From Acutalibacteraceae bacterium (lineage in GTDB: Bacteria > Bacillota > Clostridia > Oscillospirales > Acutalibacteraceae), in contig JAZRZR010000005.1 in NCBI GenBank assembly GCA_045601525.1, positions 339-64,338 on the forward strand: 64,000 nt of DNA, written 5' to 3'. Positions 7,863-17,172 of this stretch are shown piece by piece; position 1 is the first letter of the stretch; each line of letters opens with the position of its first letter. Both the position numbers and the translations under genes were made by a program. The notes beneath the pieces are model-generated. The model was not told where the DNA came from. It worked only from the letters and a program-made list of their open reading frames with translations, and made no database searches.

Positions 7863-9582
7863 AAGCGTTGCACTTAAGCTCTTTGGCTTTTCGCTCACTA
7901 AAAACCTACCCGTAGCGGCGGTTTCATCGGTGCTTGTGCTTCTTGTATCTCCCGTATATCTTATAAATATGATTAACAAAGCCTTTGAGCGCAACACATT
8001 AAGGGTAGATTATACTTATTCACTTGATATCTATGTTTTGCCGTATTTACTTTGCGGTTTGGCTATGGCGGCAACGGCTGTGGGACTACTGCTTTTGTTT
8101 ACCAATTTTAACTTCCTTTTCAATAAGCAAAGCTCGGATGTTTATCACGCACTTCCGCTCACTCGTTCACAGCTATTTTTTGCCCGCTTTGGTGCCGCCT
8201 ATGTTTCGGCGCTCATTCCGCTTGGTGCGGGTTATCTCGGAGTTTTCTTTGTGGGCTTTATGGATAGAGTAGAGTTAAGCCATAAAATGTTGCTTTTGGG
8301 CTTTATATTCACCATTATTTTTATGGCGCTTTGCTTGCTTTTCTCAATGCTTATAATTATGCTAACGGGCTGTGTATTTGATGCGATTGTGGCCTTGTTG
8401 GTGGTAAATATCGGCTTGCCGATTTGTGTTTTACCCTTTGATGAGATAGCCAACAATTTAATTTTCGGTTATATGGGCAACGGATTAACCGAAAAAGCCT
8501 TTGTTTACGGCACTCCCTTTGGCTATGCTCTTAAAAATCTTAACAGCCTATTACAAAATCCCGAAAAACCGTGGTTTACCCTTTCGAGAGTAGTTATAGT
8601 TTTTGCTATAATAGTTGTGCTTAGCTTTATTATTGTAAAGGTATATAATGTAAGAAAATCAGAAAAGGCGGGAGAGGCCTTTGCCTTTGGTTTTGTGCCT
8701 TATGTAATTTCGGCGATTATTTCAACACTTGGCTTTTTTGTGCTAGGCTCGATTTTCTTTGGCGGACTTGAAACCTATAACCCTGCTTTTTGGATTATAG
8801 GAATTATAGGTGCTCTACTTTGCGGTGTGGTTTATAACGCTATCGTTAATAGAGGCTTTAAGAAGTTCAAGCTTTCATTTATCCCCTCGATAATTGCTAT
8901 CTTGGTGGTTAGCCTTATCACAATTTCACTTGCGGCAGATGCTTTCGGCATTGAAAATTATCTTCCTAAGACTCAAAATGTTGAAAAGATACAGGTGGGC
9001 TTTGGTGCTGAGGAAATAACAGTATCAGGTGAGGACATCCAAGATATAATAGATTTCCATAGCGATATAACACAGCACAAGGAAAATGTAGAGGTATTGG
9101 ATGATGATATAAATGGCGGTGAATATCACTCTGTACGTTTTGAATATTCACTCAAGGGCGGTAAGAAGGTAATGCGTAGATATTATATCCCTGCATATCT
9201 CTTTGCTGAGCAGTTTGCCGATTTTATAAGCGGACCTTACGCTGATTATTTCGAGACCCACTATTTCCCTGAAAATTATGATTATTTCAGTATTTCGGGT
9301 GAGCTTCCAAAAAGCGAAAAACACTACAACTGCAATATAACAAGGCAGGAATATGCAACCCTTCGCTCCCTCTATATTTCCGATTTGAGAAAAATGGATG
9401 CCCAAACAGTTAAGACGGGTATAAGAGAAAAGACTTCGAGCTTCCACGCAAATATGTATACAAAAACGGTAGGAAACTACGATTATTTCTATAGCTATAT
9501 CCACGGTGATGAGTTTGAGTCATTTAAGTATCTGGAAACACTTAATTTAATTGATAGAACCCAAGATGAATACAAAAAATAG
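7837..9582 (+). CDS. polytopic membrane protein, presumed permease partner of the ABC ATPase, with a C-terminal soluble domain
   Basis: 581 aa with many hydrophobic helices in the first ~380 aa and a hydrophilic ~190-aa C-terminal region. It overlaps the ATPase gene by 26 nt. Confidence 0.65.
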   Translation: MMQKTSLNKSVALKLFGFSLTKNLPVAAVSSVLVLLVSPVYLINMINKAFERNTLRVDYTYSLDIYVLPYLLCGLAMAATAVGLLLLFTNFNFLFNKQSSDVYHALPLTRSQLFFARFGAAYVSALIPLGAGYLGVFFVGFMDRVELSHKMLLLGFIFTIIFMALCLLFSMLIIMLTGCVFDAIVALLVVNIGLPICVLPFDEIANNLIFGYMGNGLTEKAFVYGTPFGYALKNLNSLLQNPEKPWFTLSRVVIVFAIIVVLSFIIVKVYNVRKSEKAGEAFAFGFVPYVISAIISTLGFFVLGSIFFGGLETYNPAFWIIGIIGALLCGVVYNAIVNRGFKKFKLSFIPSIIAILVVSLITISLAADAFGIENYLPKTQNVEKIQVGFGAEEITVSGEDIQDIIDFHSDITQHKENVEVLDDDINGGEYHSVRFEYSLKGGKKVMRRYYIPAYLFAEQFADFISGPYADYFETHYFPENYDYFSISGELPKSEKHYNCNITRQEYATLRSLYISDLRKMDAQTVKTGIREKTSSFHANMYTKTVGNYDYFYSYIHGDEFESFKYLETLNLIDRTQDEYKK

Positions 9583-9585
9583 CGA

Positions 9586-9620
9586 TTAGTACGAACAGGC
9601 TTTTAGTAGTCGGTTAGTAC
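9586..9620 (+). repeat. three TTAGTA(C/G) copies immediately after the operon stop codon
   Basis: TTAGTAC at 9586-9592, TTAGTAG at 9603-9609 and TTAGTAC at 9614-9620. CGATTAGTAC (9583-9592) is the exact reverse complement of GTACTAATCG at 6558-6567 in the operon leader. Confidence 0.7.
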
Positions 9621-9658
9621 AAAAACCACCCGATATTAAAAAATATCGGGTGGTTTTA
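9621..9658 (+). terminator. intrinsic terminator after the ABC operon
   Basis: CCACCCGATATT-AAAA-AATATCGGGTGG hairpin followed by TTTT. Confidence 0.8.
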
Positions 9659-9660
9659 TA

Positions 9661-9707
9661 TTGACAAAAGACAAAAAGTGTGATAACATATGAATAAATT
9701 TTCATAT
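9661..9707 (+). promoter_or_regulatory. candidate promoter with an overlapping ArsR/SmtB-type operator
   Basis: TTGACA (9661-9666), 17-nt spacer, TAACAT (9684-9689). The inverted repeat ATATGAA-TAAATT-TTCATAT (9688-9707) overlaps the -10 element and start site, and a further TTTTTCATATG half-site follows. Confidence 0.55.
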
Positions 9708-9736
9708 AAATAATTTTTCATATGTCGGAGGAACTG

Positions 9737-10087
9737 ATGGAACATTCACATAAAATACATATAGAAAAGGCCGTAAAGGGATATCCAAGCGGTGAAAAAA
9801 TAGAGGCTTTGGCAAAATTTTATCAAAACTTTGCATCAAAAAGGCGTATGGAAATTTTGTTTTGCTTGATGGAGGGCGAGATGGGAGTTTGTTGTATCGC
9901 CGAAATGCTGTCATGCGAGCAGTCACTCATATCCCACCAGTTGAAAATACTCAAAGAGGGCAAATTGGTTGAAAGTCGCCGAGAGGGTAAGATGATATAC
10001 TACTTTTTGGCTGACAATCATATCAAAAACATAGTGTCGATAGGTTTTGAGCATTTAGGGGAGAAAAACAATGAAAAAATCGGTTAA
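9737..10087 (+). CDS. ArsR/SmtB-family metalloregulatory repressor
   Basis: HTH region CCIAEMLSCEQSLISHQLKILKEGKLVESRREGKMIYYFL. ATG 9737 follows GGAGG; the track starts at ATG 9722, which has no SD. Confidence 0.85.
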   Translation: MEHSHKIHIEKAVKGYPSGEKIEALAKFYQNFASKRRMEILFCLMEGEMGVCCIAEMLSCEQSLISHQLKILKEGKLVESRREGKMIYYFLADNHIKNIVSIGFEHLGEKNNEKIG

Positions 10088-10916
10088 AAATATGTTGTTT
10101 GCATTTATACTTAACGTTTCTTTTTCTATAATCGAATTATTTGGCGGTATTTTAACCAACAGTATTTCAATCGTATCAGATGCACTTCACGATTTAGGGG
10201 ACGCTGTTTCCATTGCGATTTCTATTCTTTTTGAGGTGCGCTCAAGCAAGGAGCCCGACCATAAATACACCTACGGGTATGCGCGTTATTCGGTTGCGGG
10301 AGCGCTAATTACTTCAACGGTTCTGATGTCGGCTTCGGCAGTTATTGTTTACAAATCGGTTTTGAGATTATTAAACCCAAGCCAAGTAAACTATGAGGGT
10401 ATGATTATACTTGCGATATTTGGTGTTATTATAAACGGACTGTCTGCGCTAAAACTCTTAAAGGGTAACGGTAAGGGAATAAATGAAAGAGCGTTAACGC
10501 TTCATATGTTTGAAGACGTGCTCGGCTGGGCGGCTGTACTTATAGGAAGTATCGTAATCAAATTTACGGGTTGGTTTATGATAGATGCTGTAATGTCGCT
10601 TTGTATATCGGTTTATATTCTTATTCACGCCGCTTTTCATATGAAAGAAATCTTTTCAATACTTTTGCAAAAGTCACCCGAGGGCATCGACCCCGATAAA
10701 GTAAAGGCTGAGCTTGAGGAAATAGAGGGCGTTGAGGACATTTATCATATCCATTTATGGACACTTGACGGAATTGAGAATTACGCAACCCTCACTGCCA
10801 AAATAACCGAGGGTGTAAGCTATGAAGCCAATCAAAGAATTAAGGCTGAAATACGTGAAAAATTGCATAAAATAGAAATCCACCATATCGTTATAGAAAC
10901 GGAATATTATAAATAA
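10071..10916 (+). CDS. czcD: cation diffusion facilitator (Zn/Co/Cd efflux) transporter
   Basis: CDF signature region (ELFGGILTNSISIVSDALHDLGDAVS), six hydrophobic helices and a C-terminal cytoplasmic domain. It overlaps the ArsR gene by 17 nt. Confidence 0.88.
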   Translation: MKKSVKNMLFAFILNVSFSIIELFGGILTNSISIVSDALHDLGDAVSIAISILFEVRSSKEPDHKYTYGYARYSVAGALITSTVLMSASAVIVYKSVLRLLNPSQVNYEGMIILAIFGVIINGLSALKLLKGNGKGINERALTLHMFEDVLGWAAVLIGSIVIKFTGWFMIDAVMSLCISVYILIHAAFHMKEIFSILLQKSPEGIDPDKVKAELEEIEGVEDIYHIHLWTLDGIENYATLTAKITEGVSYEANQRIKAEIREKLHKIEIHHIVIETEYYK

Positions 10917-10922
10917 TAAAAA

Positions 10923-10953
10923 CCCCGAATTCAAAAGAATTCGGAGTTTTTTT
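10923..10953. terminator. bidirectional terminator between convergent genes
   Basis: CCCGAATTC-AAAA-GAATTCGG(AG) hairpin, A-rich on the 5' side and with TTTTTTT on the 3' side. Confidence 0.7.
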
Positions 10954-11629
10954 AGTCTATTAAATACACGCCGTTTTTAAGCACGGCAAATTCAAAATTA
11001 TCAATTTTTAGATATTGAAGCAAAGGCTGTTCAAAGGAAAGATATTCCTCGGTTACATAGGAATTAAGGTTGACCTTTACAACCGTGTTATTGGCGTTGC
11101 AAACATATATATCATCGCCGTCAATAAATAGGTCGGTGGGGTTTTGGAAGGGGGAATTGGCACCTGAGCCAATACGAAGTTCCTCACGCATTGTAACAAG
11201 ATTAAGGCGCATGAGCACAGCATTTTCTTTATAACAGGTCCAAACCGAACGGCTACTTATTGCAATTCCGCTTGGCACCATACCTCGATGCTCAAGCTTG
11301 CCTTTCCAAACAGGCTCGCCCTCGGCATCGGTAAGTGTGGCTTGGCCGTCGTTTTCCAACAAAAACACCTTGTTGTTGCCAAGAAGCACTGCTTTACAGG
11401 TTAAGCGGTTATTTACAAGCGGTAAAATCGACTGGTAATTAGGACCAAATTTAGTCAACTCATAAAGGCTCTTTGGAACATTTATAAGCTTGCCGTCCTC
11501 AAAGGTTACCATTTTATATGCAAGTGTTGCGGTGTTTGCCTCGATATCCTTGTCGCAAATATAGGCAATAATGAGTCCCTTTGCGGCAGGAACGGCATTT
11601 ACTATTTCACCTTCAAAAACTGTTTTCAT
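10952..11629 (-). CDS. conserved hypothetical protein (beta-rich, possibly propeller-like)
   Basis: The ORF lies directly downstream of the PLP enzyme gene. GGAGG sits 5 nt before ATG 11629; the track starts at TTG 11641. I recognise no motif. Confidence 0.55.
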   Translation of the reverse strand: MKTVFEGEIVNAVPAAKGLIIAYICDKDIEANTATLAYKMVTFEDGKLINVPKSLYELTKFGPNYQSILPLVNNRLTCKAVLLGNNKVFLLENDGQATLTDAEGEPVWKGKLEHRGMVPSGIAISSRSVWTCYKENAVLMRLNLVTMREELRIGSGANSPFQNPTDLFIDGDDIYVCNANNTVVKVNLNSYVTEEYLSFEQPLLQYLKIDNFEFAVLKNGVYLID

Positions 11630-11641
11630 CATATCCTCCAA

Positions 11642-12904
11642 CTAAATAAGACCACGATTTATAATTTCCTGTGCGGCGCACAAAATACCGATTTCGCCCG
11701 ATTCAAAATTAAGACCGCCCTGAAGCCATACGGCAAAAGGCTTACGCAAGGGAGCATCGGCCGAAAGTTCGATTGATGCGCCGAGGGTAAAGGCACCTGC
11801 AGCCATAATAACATCACTGTCATATCCAGGCATAGGTGCTGGTACGGGGGCGGCAAAGGAATCAACAGGTGAGCCCTTTTGAAGTCCCTGACAAAAAGCA
11901 ATAAGCCTTTGGTCATCACCCAAAAGAATTGATTGTATGATATCGGCTCGTTTTTCGTCGGCTTTTGGTATTACCGAAAAACCCAATTTTTCAAAAAGTG
12001 CTGCAGCAAAAACTGCAGTTTTAAGGGCTTGGCTAACTGTATGGGGCGCAGCAAAAAGTCCCATAAACAGCTCTCTTGTATGCCCGAGCGAAGCGCCAAC
12101 CTCTCTACCCACGCCGGGAGCAGTTAAACGATAGGCACACTTTTCAACAAGTTCACTTTTTCCCGCTATGTATCCACCCGTTGGGGCAATACCACCGCCG
12201 GGATTTTTGATAAGAGAACCCGCAATAATATCGGCACCAACCGAGCAAGGCTCAAGTTCCTCTACAAATTCACCGTAGCAGTTATCTACCATAATGTAGG
12301 TTTCGGGGGAAACCTCTTTTACGATATCGCAAAGCTCTTTAATTTGATTAACCGAAAGGCTCGGTCGCAAACTGTAACCTCTCGAACGCTGAATATATGC
12401 GAGTTTGTATTTATTGTTTTTAAGGGCGGTTTTGATTGCCTCTATATCGGGGATACCGCTTTCACTTAGAGGCACCTCGTTGTATTCAACGCCGAAATCT
12501 TTAAGTGAGCCGTCGGTATGTTTATCAATGCCCAAAACACCTATAAGGGTGTCATAGGGTTTTCCTGTGAGACAAAGCATTTTATCATTTGGCCTTAAAA
12601 GACCGAAAAGAGCAACAGTGAGCGTGTGTGTGCCAGAAACAAAATTGTGACGAATGAGGGCGTCCTCAGCACCCACACATTCGGCAAAAACTCTCTCCAA
12701 GGTATCACGGCCGCGGTCATCATATCCATAACCTGTAGATGCGGCAAAGTGTGACTCACTAACACCTTGGTTTACAAATGCCGCCAAAACCTTTTGTTGA
12801 TTTATGCGGGCGATTTCTTCTATTTGGGCAAAGGTCTCTGACAGTTCTTTTCGTACCTCTTTTGCCGTTTCGAGTAATTTAGCATCAATGTTAAAGGGAT
12901 TCAT
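11642..12904 (-). CDS. PLP-dependent Cys/Met-metabolism family protein, YnbB / 'aluminium resistance' type
   Basis: 420 aa. The N-terminus (KELSETFAQIEEIARINQQKVLAAFVNQGVSESHFAASTGYGYDDRGRDTLE) is characteristic of the YnbB-like methionine gamma-lyase-related family. Confidence 0.75.
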   Translation of the reverse strand: MNPFNIDAKLLETAKEVRKELSETFAQIEEIARINQQKVLAAFVNQGVSESHFAASTGYGYDDRGRDTLERVFAECVGAEDALIRHNFVSGTHTLTVALFGLLRPNDKMLCLTGKPYDTLIGVLGIDKHTDGSLKDFGVEYNEVPLSESGIPDIEAIKTALKNNKYKLAYIQRSRGYSLRPSLSVNQIKELCDIVKEVSPETYIMVDNCYGEFVEELEPCSVGADIIAGSLIKNPGGGIAPTGGYIAGKSELVEKCAYRLTAPGVGREVGASLGHTRELFMGLFAAPHTVSQALKTAVFAAALFEKLGFSVIPKADEKRADIIQSILLGDDQRLIAFCQGLQKGSPVDSFAAPVPAPMPGYDSDVIMAAGAFTLGASIELSADAPLRKPFAVWLQGGLNFESGEIGILCAAQEIINRGLI

Positions 12905-13635
12905 TAAAACACTCCGTTTGTATTTGTGTAGGCCGCATCTTCATAAAATGCAAAGCCGTTTTTTAGATAAAAGGGTATATTCTTTTGCTCGGCGCAAACA
13001 AACACCCTGCGGTTCTTCATACCGCTTAAAAGTCGGTTAAGGGTGGCACTTCCGAGCCCCAGACCCGATTTTTCGGGCAAGACCGCTATGCCGTTAATCA
13101 TAGCAAACTTTTCATCGAAAATTATGGCTGCCGCCGAAAATGGTGAGGAAACATAGGTGGCAGCATTGTGCCTTATTCTATGGGAAATATCGGCTATAAA
13201 GGCCTCTCGGTTTCCAATGTTTAGACCTTTTGAAAGGGTATTGTACAAGGCGTCAATTCCCGTATATGTGTTTTCTATAGCATTTTCATCTAAAAATGGT
13301 GGGTCACGATAAAGAGTTGCACAGGCAACCTCAATATTAAGGTTTAATTTAGAGGCTGTTTTGGCATCGGTAAAAATCTTCTTAGGGCCGACCGCTCTTA
13401 GGAATTCCGTAATCTCATCTATATCGCCACCATCGTAGCAAAGCATCATAACCGAATCAATCATAGAAAAGAGAGCACAGGGGTTATTTCCGTTATCGAA
13501 TTGCGCCCAAAAAAGAGCGATATTAGAAAACTCTTTATATGCCGCAAAGTGACAACAAATTTTAGCATAAGCGGCGTTTTTGTTTTTTATATCGGGAAGT
13601 TTATCAATAAGTTTAATCAATTTTATCTCCGCCAA
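12904..13635 (-). CDS. GNAT-like acetyltransferase-fold protein
   Basis: The C-terminal INGIAVLPEKSGLGLGSATLNRLL resembles the acetyl-CoA-binding Q/RxxGxG/A motif. It is tightly packed between neighbouring genes. Confidence 0.5.
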   Translation of the reverse strand: MAEIKLIKLIDKLPDIKNKNAAYAKICCHFAAYKEFSNIALFWAQFDNGNNPCALFSMIDSVMMLCYDGGDIDEITEFLRAVGPKKIFTDAKTASKLNLNIEVACATLYRDPPFLDENAIENTYTGIDALYNTLSKGLNIGNREAFIADISHRIRHNAATYVSSPFSAAAIIFDEKFAMINGIAVLPEKSGLGLGSATLNRLLSGMKNRRVFVCAEQKNIPFYLKNGFAFYEDAAYTNTNGVF

Positions 13636-14623
13636 TAAGTTCTATTAAATGTTTTGCTAATAAAAGACTGCTTTCAGCATCCTTGATATTCGCCACACTC
13701 GAGGGAGAGTGTATATATCGGCAGGGAACTGATAAGGCAATAGTGCGTACACCCTCACCCGATAAATGAATAGCGGCCGAGTTGTTAGCGCCCGCAACGG
13801 CCCGCTTTGTTTGTGCAGGAATACCGCTGTTTATAGCGGCGTTATAAAGGCTACGGTCGTACATAGTGCCGTTATCCATAAAGGATACTGCAACGCCGCC
13901 CCCTAAAGAGCAAACCGATTTTTCAAAGGGGATTCCCTCTATATCGGCGGCCGTAGTACCTTCTAAAACAATGGCAAAATCAGGCTTTATAGCAAATGTG
14001 GCGGTTTTAGCGCCACGGCAACCAAGCTCCTCTTGTACTGTAAAGGTGGCATAAAAATCATATTTTGATACATCTTGTATAAGCTTAATTAGAACGGCGC
14101 AGCCTACACGGTCATCAAGTGCCTTTGAAAGCATATTGTCGCCGCAAAGAATAAATTCCCCCTCTAAAACACCAAAATCACCAACCGAAACAAGCTCTTC
14201 GGCATTTTTTCTTGAGGTGGAACCGATATCTATAAAAAGCTTATCGGTATCGGGAAGTTTTTTAGCCTCATCATCACTCATAAGGTGCACAGGCTTGGCG
14301 CCTATCACACCCGAAACGCCGTTTTCAAAATTTACTCGACGAGCAAGCAAAGTCCCTGTTTTTATACCGCCTACCGTATGAAACTTCAAGAAGCCATCAG
14401 GGGTTATTGAGGATACAATAATAGCAACCTCATCGGTGTGTGCATCGAGAAGAATACGCTTTTTAGGTGCAATTTCACCTTTTTTGAAGGCAATAATATT
14501 GCCTAAAGCATCAACACGGTATTCGCAAAAATCTTTTATTTGTTCAATAATAAATTCGCGAGTTGCCCATTCGTTTCCGGGGGCCGAATCAATTTCGCAA
14601 AGGCGTTTAATCAAATCAAGCAT
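13613..14623 (-). CDS. M42-family metallo-aminopeptidase (FrvX/CelM-like)
   Basis: LIKRLCEIDSAPGNE, LLDAHTDEV, ALDDRVGCAVL and VQEELGCRGA motifs. The likely start is ATG 14623; the track starts at 14656. Confidence 0.85.
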   Translation of the reverse strand: MLDLIKRLCEIDSAPGNEWATREFIIEQIKDFCEYRVDALGNIIAFKKGEIAPKKRILLDAHTDEVAIIVSSITPDGFLKFHTVGGIKTGTLLARRVNFENGVSGVIGAKPVHLMSDDEAKKLPDTDKLFIDIGSTSRKNAEELVSVGDFGVLEGEFILCGDNMLSKALDDRVGCAVLIKLIQDVSKYDFYATFTVQEELGCRGAKTATFAIKPDFAIVLEGTTAADIEGIPFEKSVCSLGGGVAVSFMDNGTMYDRSLYNAAINSGIPAQTKRAVAGANNSAAIHLSGEGVRTIALSVPCRYIHSPSSVANIKDAESSLLLAKHLIELIGGDKID

Positions 14624-15620
14624 TAAAGGCACCTCCCGAAAGAATATATTTTTCAAGTATATCGCAAATCGATATAATGTCGCAAATTTTCACAACCTCG
14701 GTATCGGTGTGCATATTTCTAAGGGGAATTGATAAAAGAGCGGTGGGGACGCCTTCCTTAGAAATTGTAATAACATCGGCATTTGTAGAGGTCTTTCCGC
14801 CCATAACCTCACTTTGATAAGGTAGGTTGTTATCGGCGGCAATAAGGCAAAGCCTGTCCGATATATTCTTATCGAGAATAGGGGAAATGCCAATCATAGC
14901 ACCCTCACCTAAAATGCCGCACTTATCGGGCGCAATATCGGGTCCGTTACCAAAAGATACATCAATTACTGCCGCTTCGTTTGGGGTTATTTTATTAGCG
15001 GCGGTTATAGCGCCGCGAAGTCCTAATTCTTCGGCATCAGAGAAAAGAATAACGATATTTATCGGCAGGGTTTTGCCCTTAAGGCGAGAAGCAAGTTCTA
15101 AAAGTGCCGCAACGCCTGCACGGTTATCAAGACTTCTTGCACACACACTGTCGTTTGCCAATAAAAATGGCTTTTGTGCAAAGGTGATATAGTCACCAAT
15201 CTTTACCTTGTCTTTTATATCATCAAGAAAAGTATCTATCTTAAGTTCGCCGATTTCTTTAACCGTTTCCTCTTTTTCAAGGTGGGGAGGGGTGCTTGTG
15301 AAAACGCCATCAAGCAATTCTTCAGAATGTATTTTAACCCTCTTGGCAGGTAGGTGGCGTGTGTCAACACCGCCGCATTTTGCAACACCTAAAAAGCCGT
15401 TATCCAAAACCGAGGTAACAACAAAACCGATTTGGTCAATATGAGCATCAAGCATAAGTGTATAATCGTTTTGACCCTTGAATTTTCCTATAACGGTTTT
15501 CCCAAGTTGCTCAACCTCGCAAAAGTTTGATAATTCACGGGCCGCAAAATCTGATGCAGTTTGCACATTTCCTATCGAATCTAAACTGCAAAGTTCCAGT
15601 AAAAGATTTTTAATATCCAT
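14616..15620 (-). CDS. M42-family metallo-aminopeptidase, paralogue
   Basis: LLELCSLDSIGN, MLDAHIDQIG, SLDNRAGVAALL and DAEELGLRGA motifs. Its start overlaps the murD stop by 1 nt. Confidence 0.85.
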   Translation of the reverse strand: MDIKNLLLELCSLDSIGNVQTASDFAARELSNFCEVEQLGKTVIGKFKGQNDYTLMLDAHIDQIGFVVTSVLDNGFLGVAKCGGVDTRHLPAKRVKIHSEELLDGVFTSTPPHLEKEETVKEIGELKIDTFLDDIKDKVKIGDYITFAQKPFLLANDSVCARSLDNRAGVAALLELASRLKGKTLPINIVILFSDAEELGLRGAITAANKITPNEAAVIDVSFGNGPDIAPDKCGILGEGAMIGISPILDKNISDRLCLIAADNNLPYQSEVMGGKTSTNADVITISKEGVPTALLSIPLRNMHTDTEVVKICDIISICDILEKYILSGGAFNA

Positions 15621-16999
15621 TAAAGCTTATTCACCAATTCCTTAAAGTAATTACCCCTAACCGCAAAGTTGGGGAAGGCATCAAAAGAGGCACAGGCAGG
15701 GCTTAATGTAACAACATCACCCGTTTTTGCAAGGCTATGTGCCGTTTCTACTGCCTCTTTAAGATTCTGAACCTTTATAATCTCGGGACTGCCTTTGTAG
15801 CCTTCGTTGGCAGTTACTGCTTTTTCAATCTTTTCGGCGGTAGGTCCTGTGAGAATAAGGTATTTAACCTTTTCAATTACGGCATCGGCCATAGGCTCAA
15901 AGGGGATATGTTTATCATAGCCGCCCGCAAGTAAAATAACTCCCTTTTCAAAGGCATTAAGACCTGCAATAGTTCGTGTAGGACTTGAAGCAATAGAGTC
16001 GTTATAGTATTTAACACCATTGATTTCACGTACAAATTCAATACGGTGTTCAACACCGCCGAATTCCTTTGCAACACGGCGGATAGTGTCGGCTCCCACA
16101 TAGCCCCAAACCGCTGAAATTGCGGCGAGGAAGTTGGCTACATTGTGGTCGCCCAAAATGGTTATATCATCTCGGTGCATAATAGGTGCGCTGATACCCC
16201 TGTATGACATATTAAGAAAACCGTTGTTATCAAGCCAAGCACCGCTTTTAACAGGGCGTTCCATACTAAAGCCTAAGGACTGGCCACGCACAAACGACTT
16301 AAAGAGCATGGTGATTTCATTATCGTAATTAAGGACAGTTCTCGAAATTGCGCCTTGGTGCAAGAGAATATTTTTCTTGGCTTCTACATATTCGTCCATA
16401 TCCTTGTGCACATCAAGGTGGTTAGGGGCAACATTTGTTACAACCGCGATTTCGGGACTCTTACGCATTGATATAAGTTGGAAAGAGGAAAGCTCAACAA
16501 CGACATAATCATCAGGCTTTATTTCATCAATACGGGGCAAAAGCGGAGCACCGATATTGCCACCCACGTGCACTGTATAGCCCTCGGCCTCGAGCATTTT
16601 TGCTATAAGTGTGGTAGTGGTGGTCTTGCCGTCAGAACCCGTAACCGCGAAAATCTTTGCGGGACAAATGTCAAAAAAGACTTCCATCTCACTCGTAACC
16701 GCAATACCTCTGCGGCGGGCTTCCTTGAGCTCTGGGAGGTTAAAGCTCATACCTGGGGTACGGAAGATAATATCAACCTCAAGGTTAGAAAGATAGTCTT
16801 CACCTAAATGAAGCTCTGCACCCTCTTTTTCAAGCTCAGCACAAATATCGCCTAATTGCTCGCGCTCGCGTCGGTCACAGGCGAGAACACGCGCACCTTG
16901 ACTTAAAAATCTCTTTATAAGCGGGGTGTTACTGATACCTATGCCGCACACCGCTATTTTCTTACCTGATAAATGGTCCCAGAATTGCTTGTTATCCAT
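15620..16999 (-). CDS. murD: UDP-N-acetylmuramoylalanine--D-glutamate ligase
   Basis: Mur ligase motifs (VTGSDGKTTTTTLIAKML, NVAPNHLDVH, GVEHRIEF) and the typical ~460-aa length. Confidence 0.92.
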   Translation of the reverse strand: MDNKQFWDHLSGKKIAVCGIGISNTPLIKRFLSQGARVLACDRREREQLGDICAELEKEGAELHLGEDYLSNLEVDIIFRTPGMSFNLPELKEARRRGIAVTSEMEVFFDICPAKIFAVTGSDGKTTTTTLIAKMLEAEGYTVHVGGNIGAPLLPRIDEIKPDDYVVVELSSFQLISMRKSPEIAVVTNVAPNHLDVHKDMDEYVEAKKNILLHQGAISRTVLNYDNEITMLFKSFVRGQSLGFSMERPVKSGAWLDNNGFLNMSYRGISAPIMHRDDITILGDHNVANFLAAISAVWGYVGADTIRRVAKEFGGVEHRIEFVREINGVKYYNDSIASSPTRTIAGLNAFEKGVILLAGGYDKHIPFEPMADAVIEKVKYLILTGPTAEKIEKAVTANEGYKGSPEIIKVQNLKEAVETAHSLAKTGDVVTLSPACASFDAFPNFAVRGNYFKELVNKL

Positions 17000-17032
17000 A
17001 TTCTAACCTCCAGAGTATATCATATCTATTAT

Positions 17033-17061
17033 ATTATACTTACTTATATATAAAATATCAA
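17033..17061 (-). promoter_or_regulatory. candidate promoter for murD and downstream genes
   Basis: On the minus strand: TTGATA, 17-nt spacer, TATAAT. It lies downstream of the terminator hairpin and ~35 nt before the murD ATG. Confidence 0.5.
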
Positions 17062-17078
17062 TAACCAATTCTTCACAA

Positions 17079-17119
17079 GATAAATAAAATCGGCTATGAT
17101 GTTTCGGTGCATCATAGCC
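17079..17119 (-). terminator. intrinsic terminator after the lipoprotein gene
   Basis: GGCTATGATG-8 nt loop-CATCATAGCC hairpin, followed on the minus strand by GATTTTATTTAT. Confidence 0.6.
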
Positions 17120-17172
17120 AATTAAAATTATTTTTTATAGAAGAAGTTTTCAATAAATGTCGGCTGTAAATA

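Noticed and set aside
6558-9592. The 10-nt inverted repeat flanking the GntR/ABC operon, considered as terminal inverted repeats of a mobile element.
   Set aside because: There is no transposase, integrase or target-site duplication. The repeat is short and sits within promoter and terminator regions, so a regulatory site or chance is more likely.
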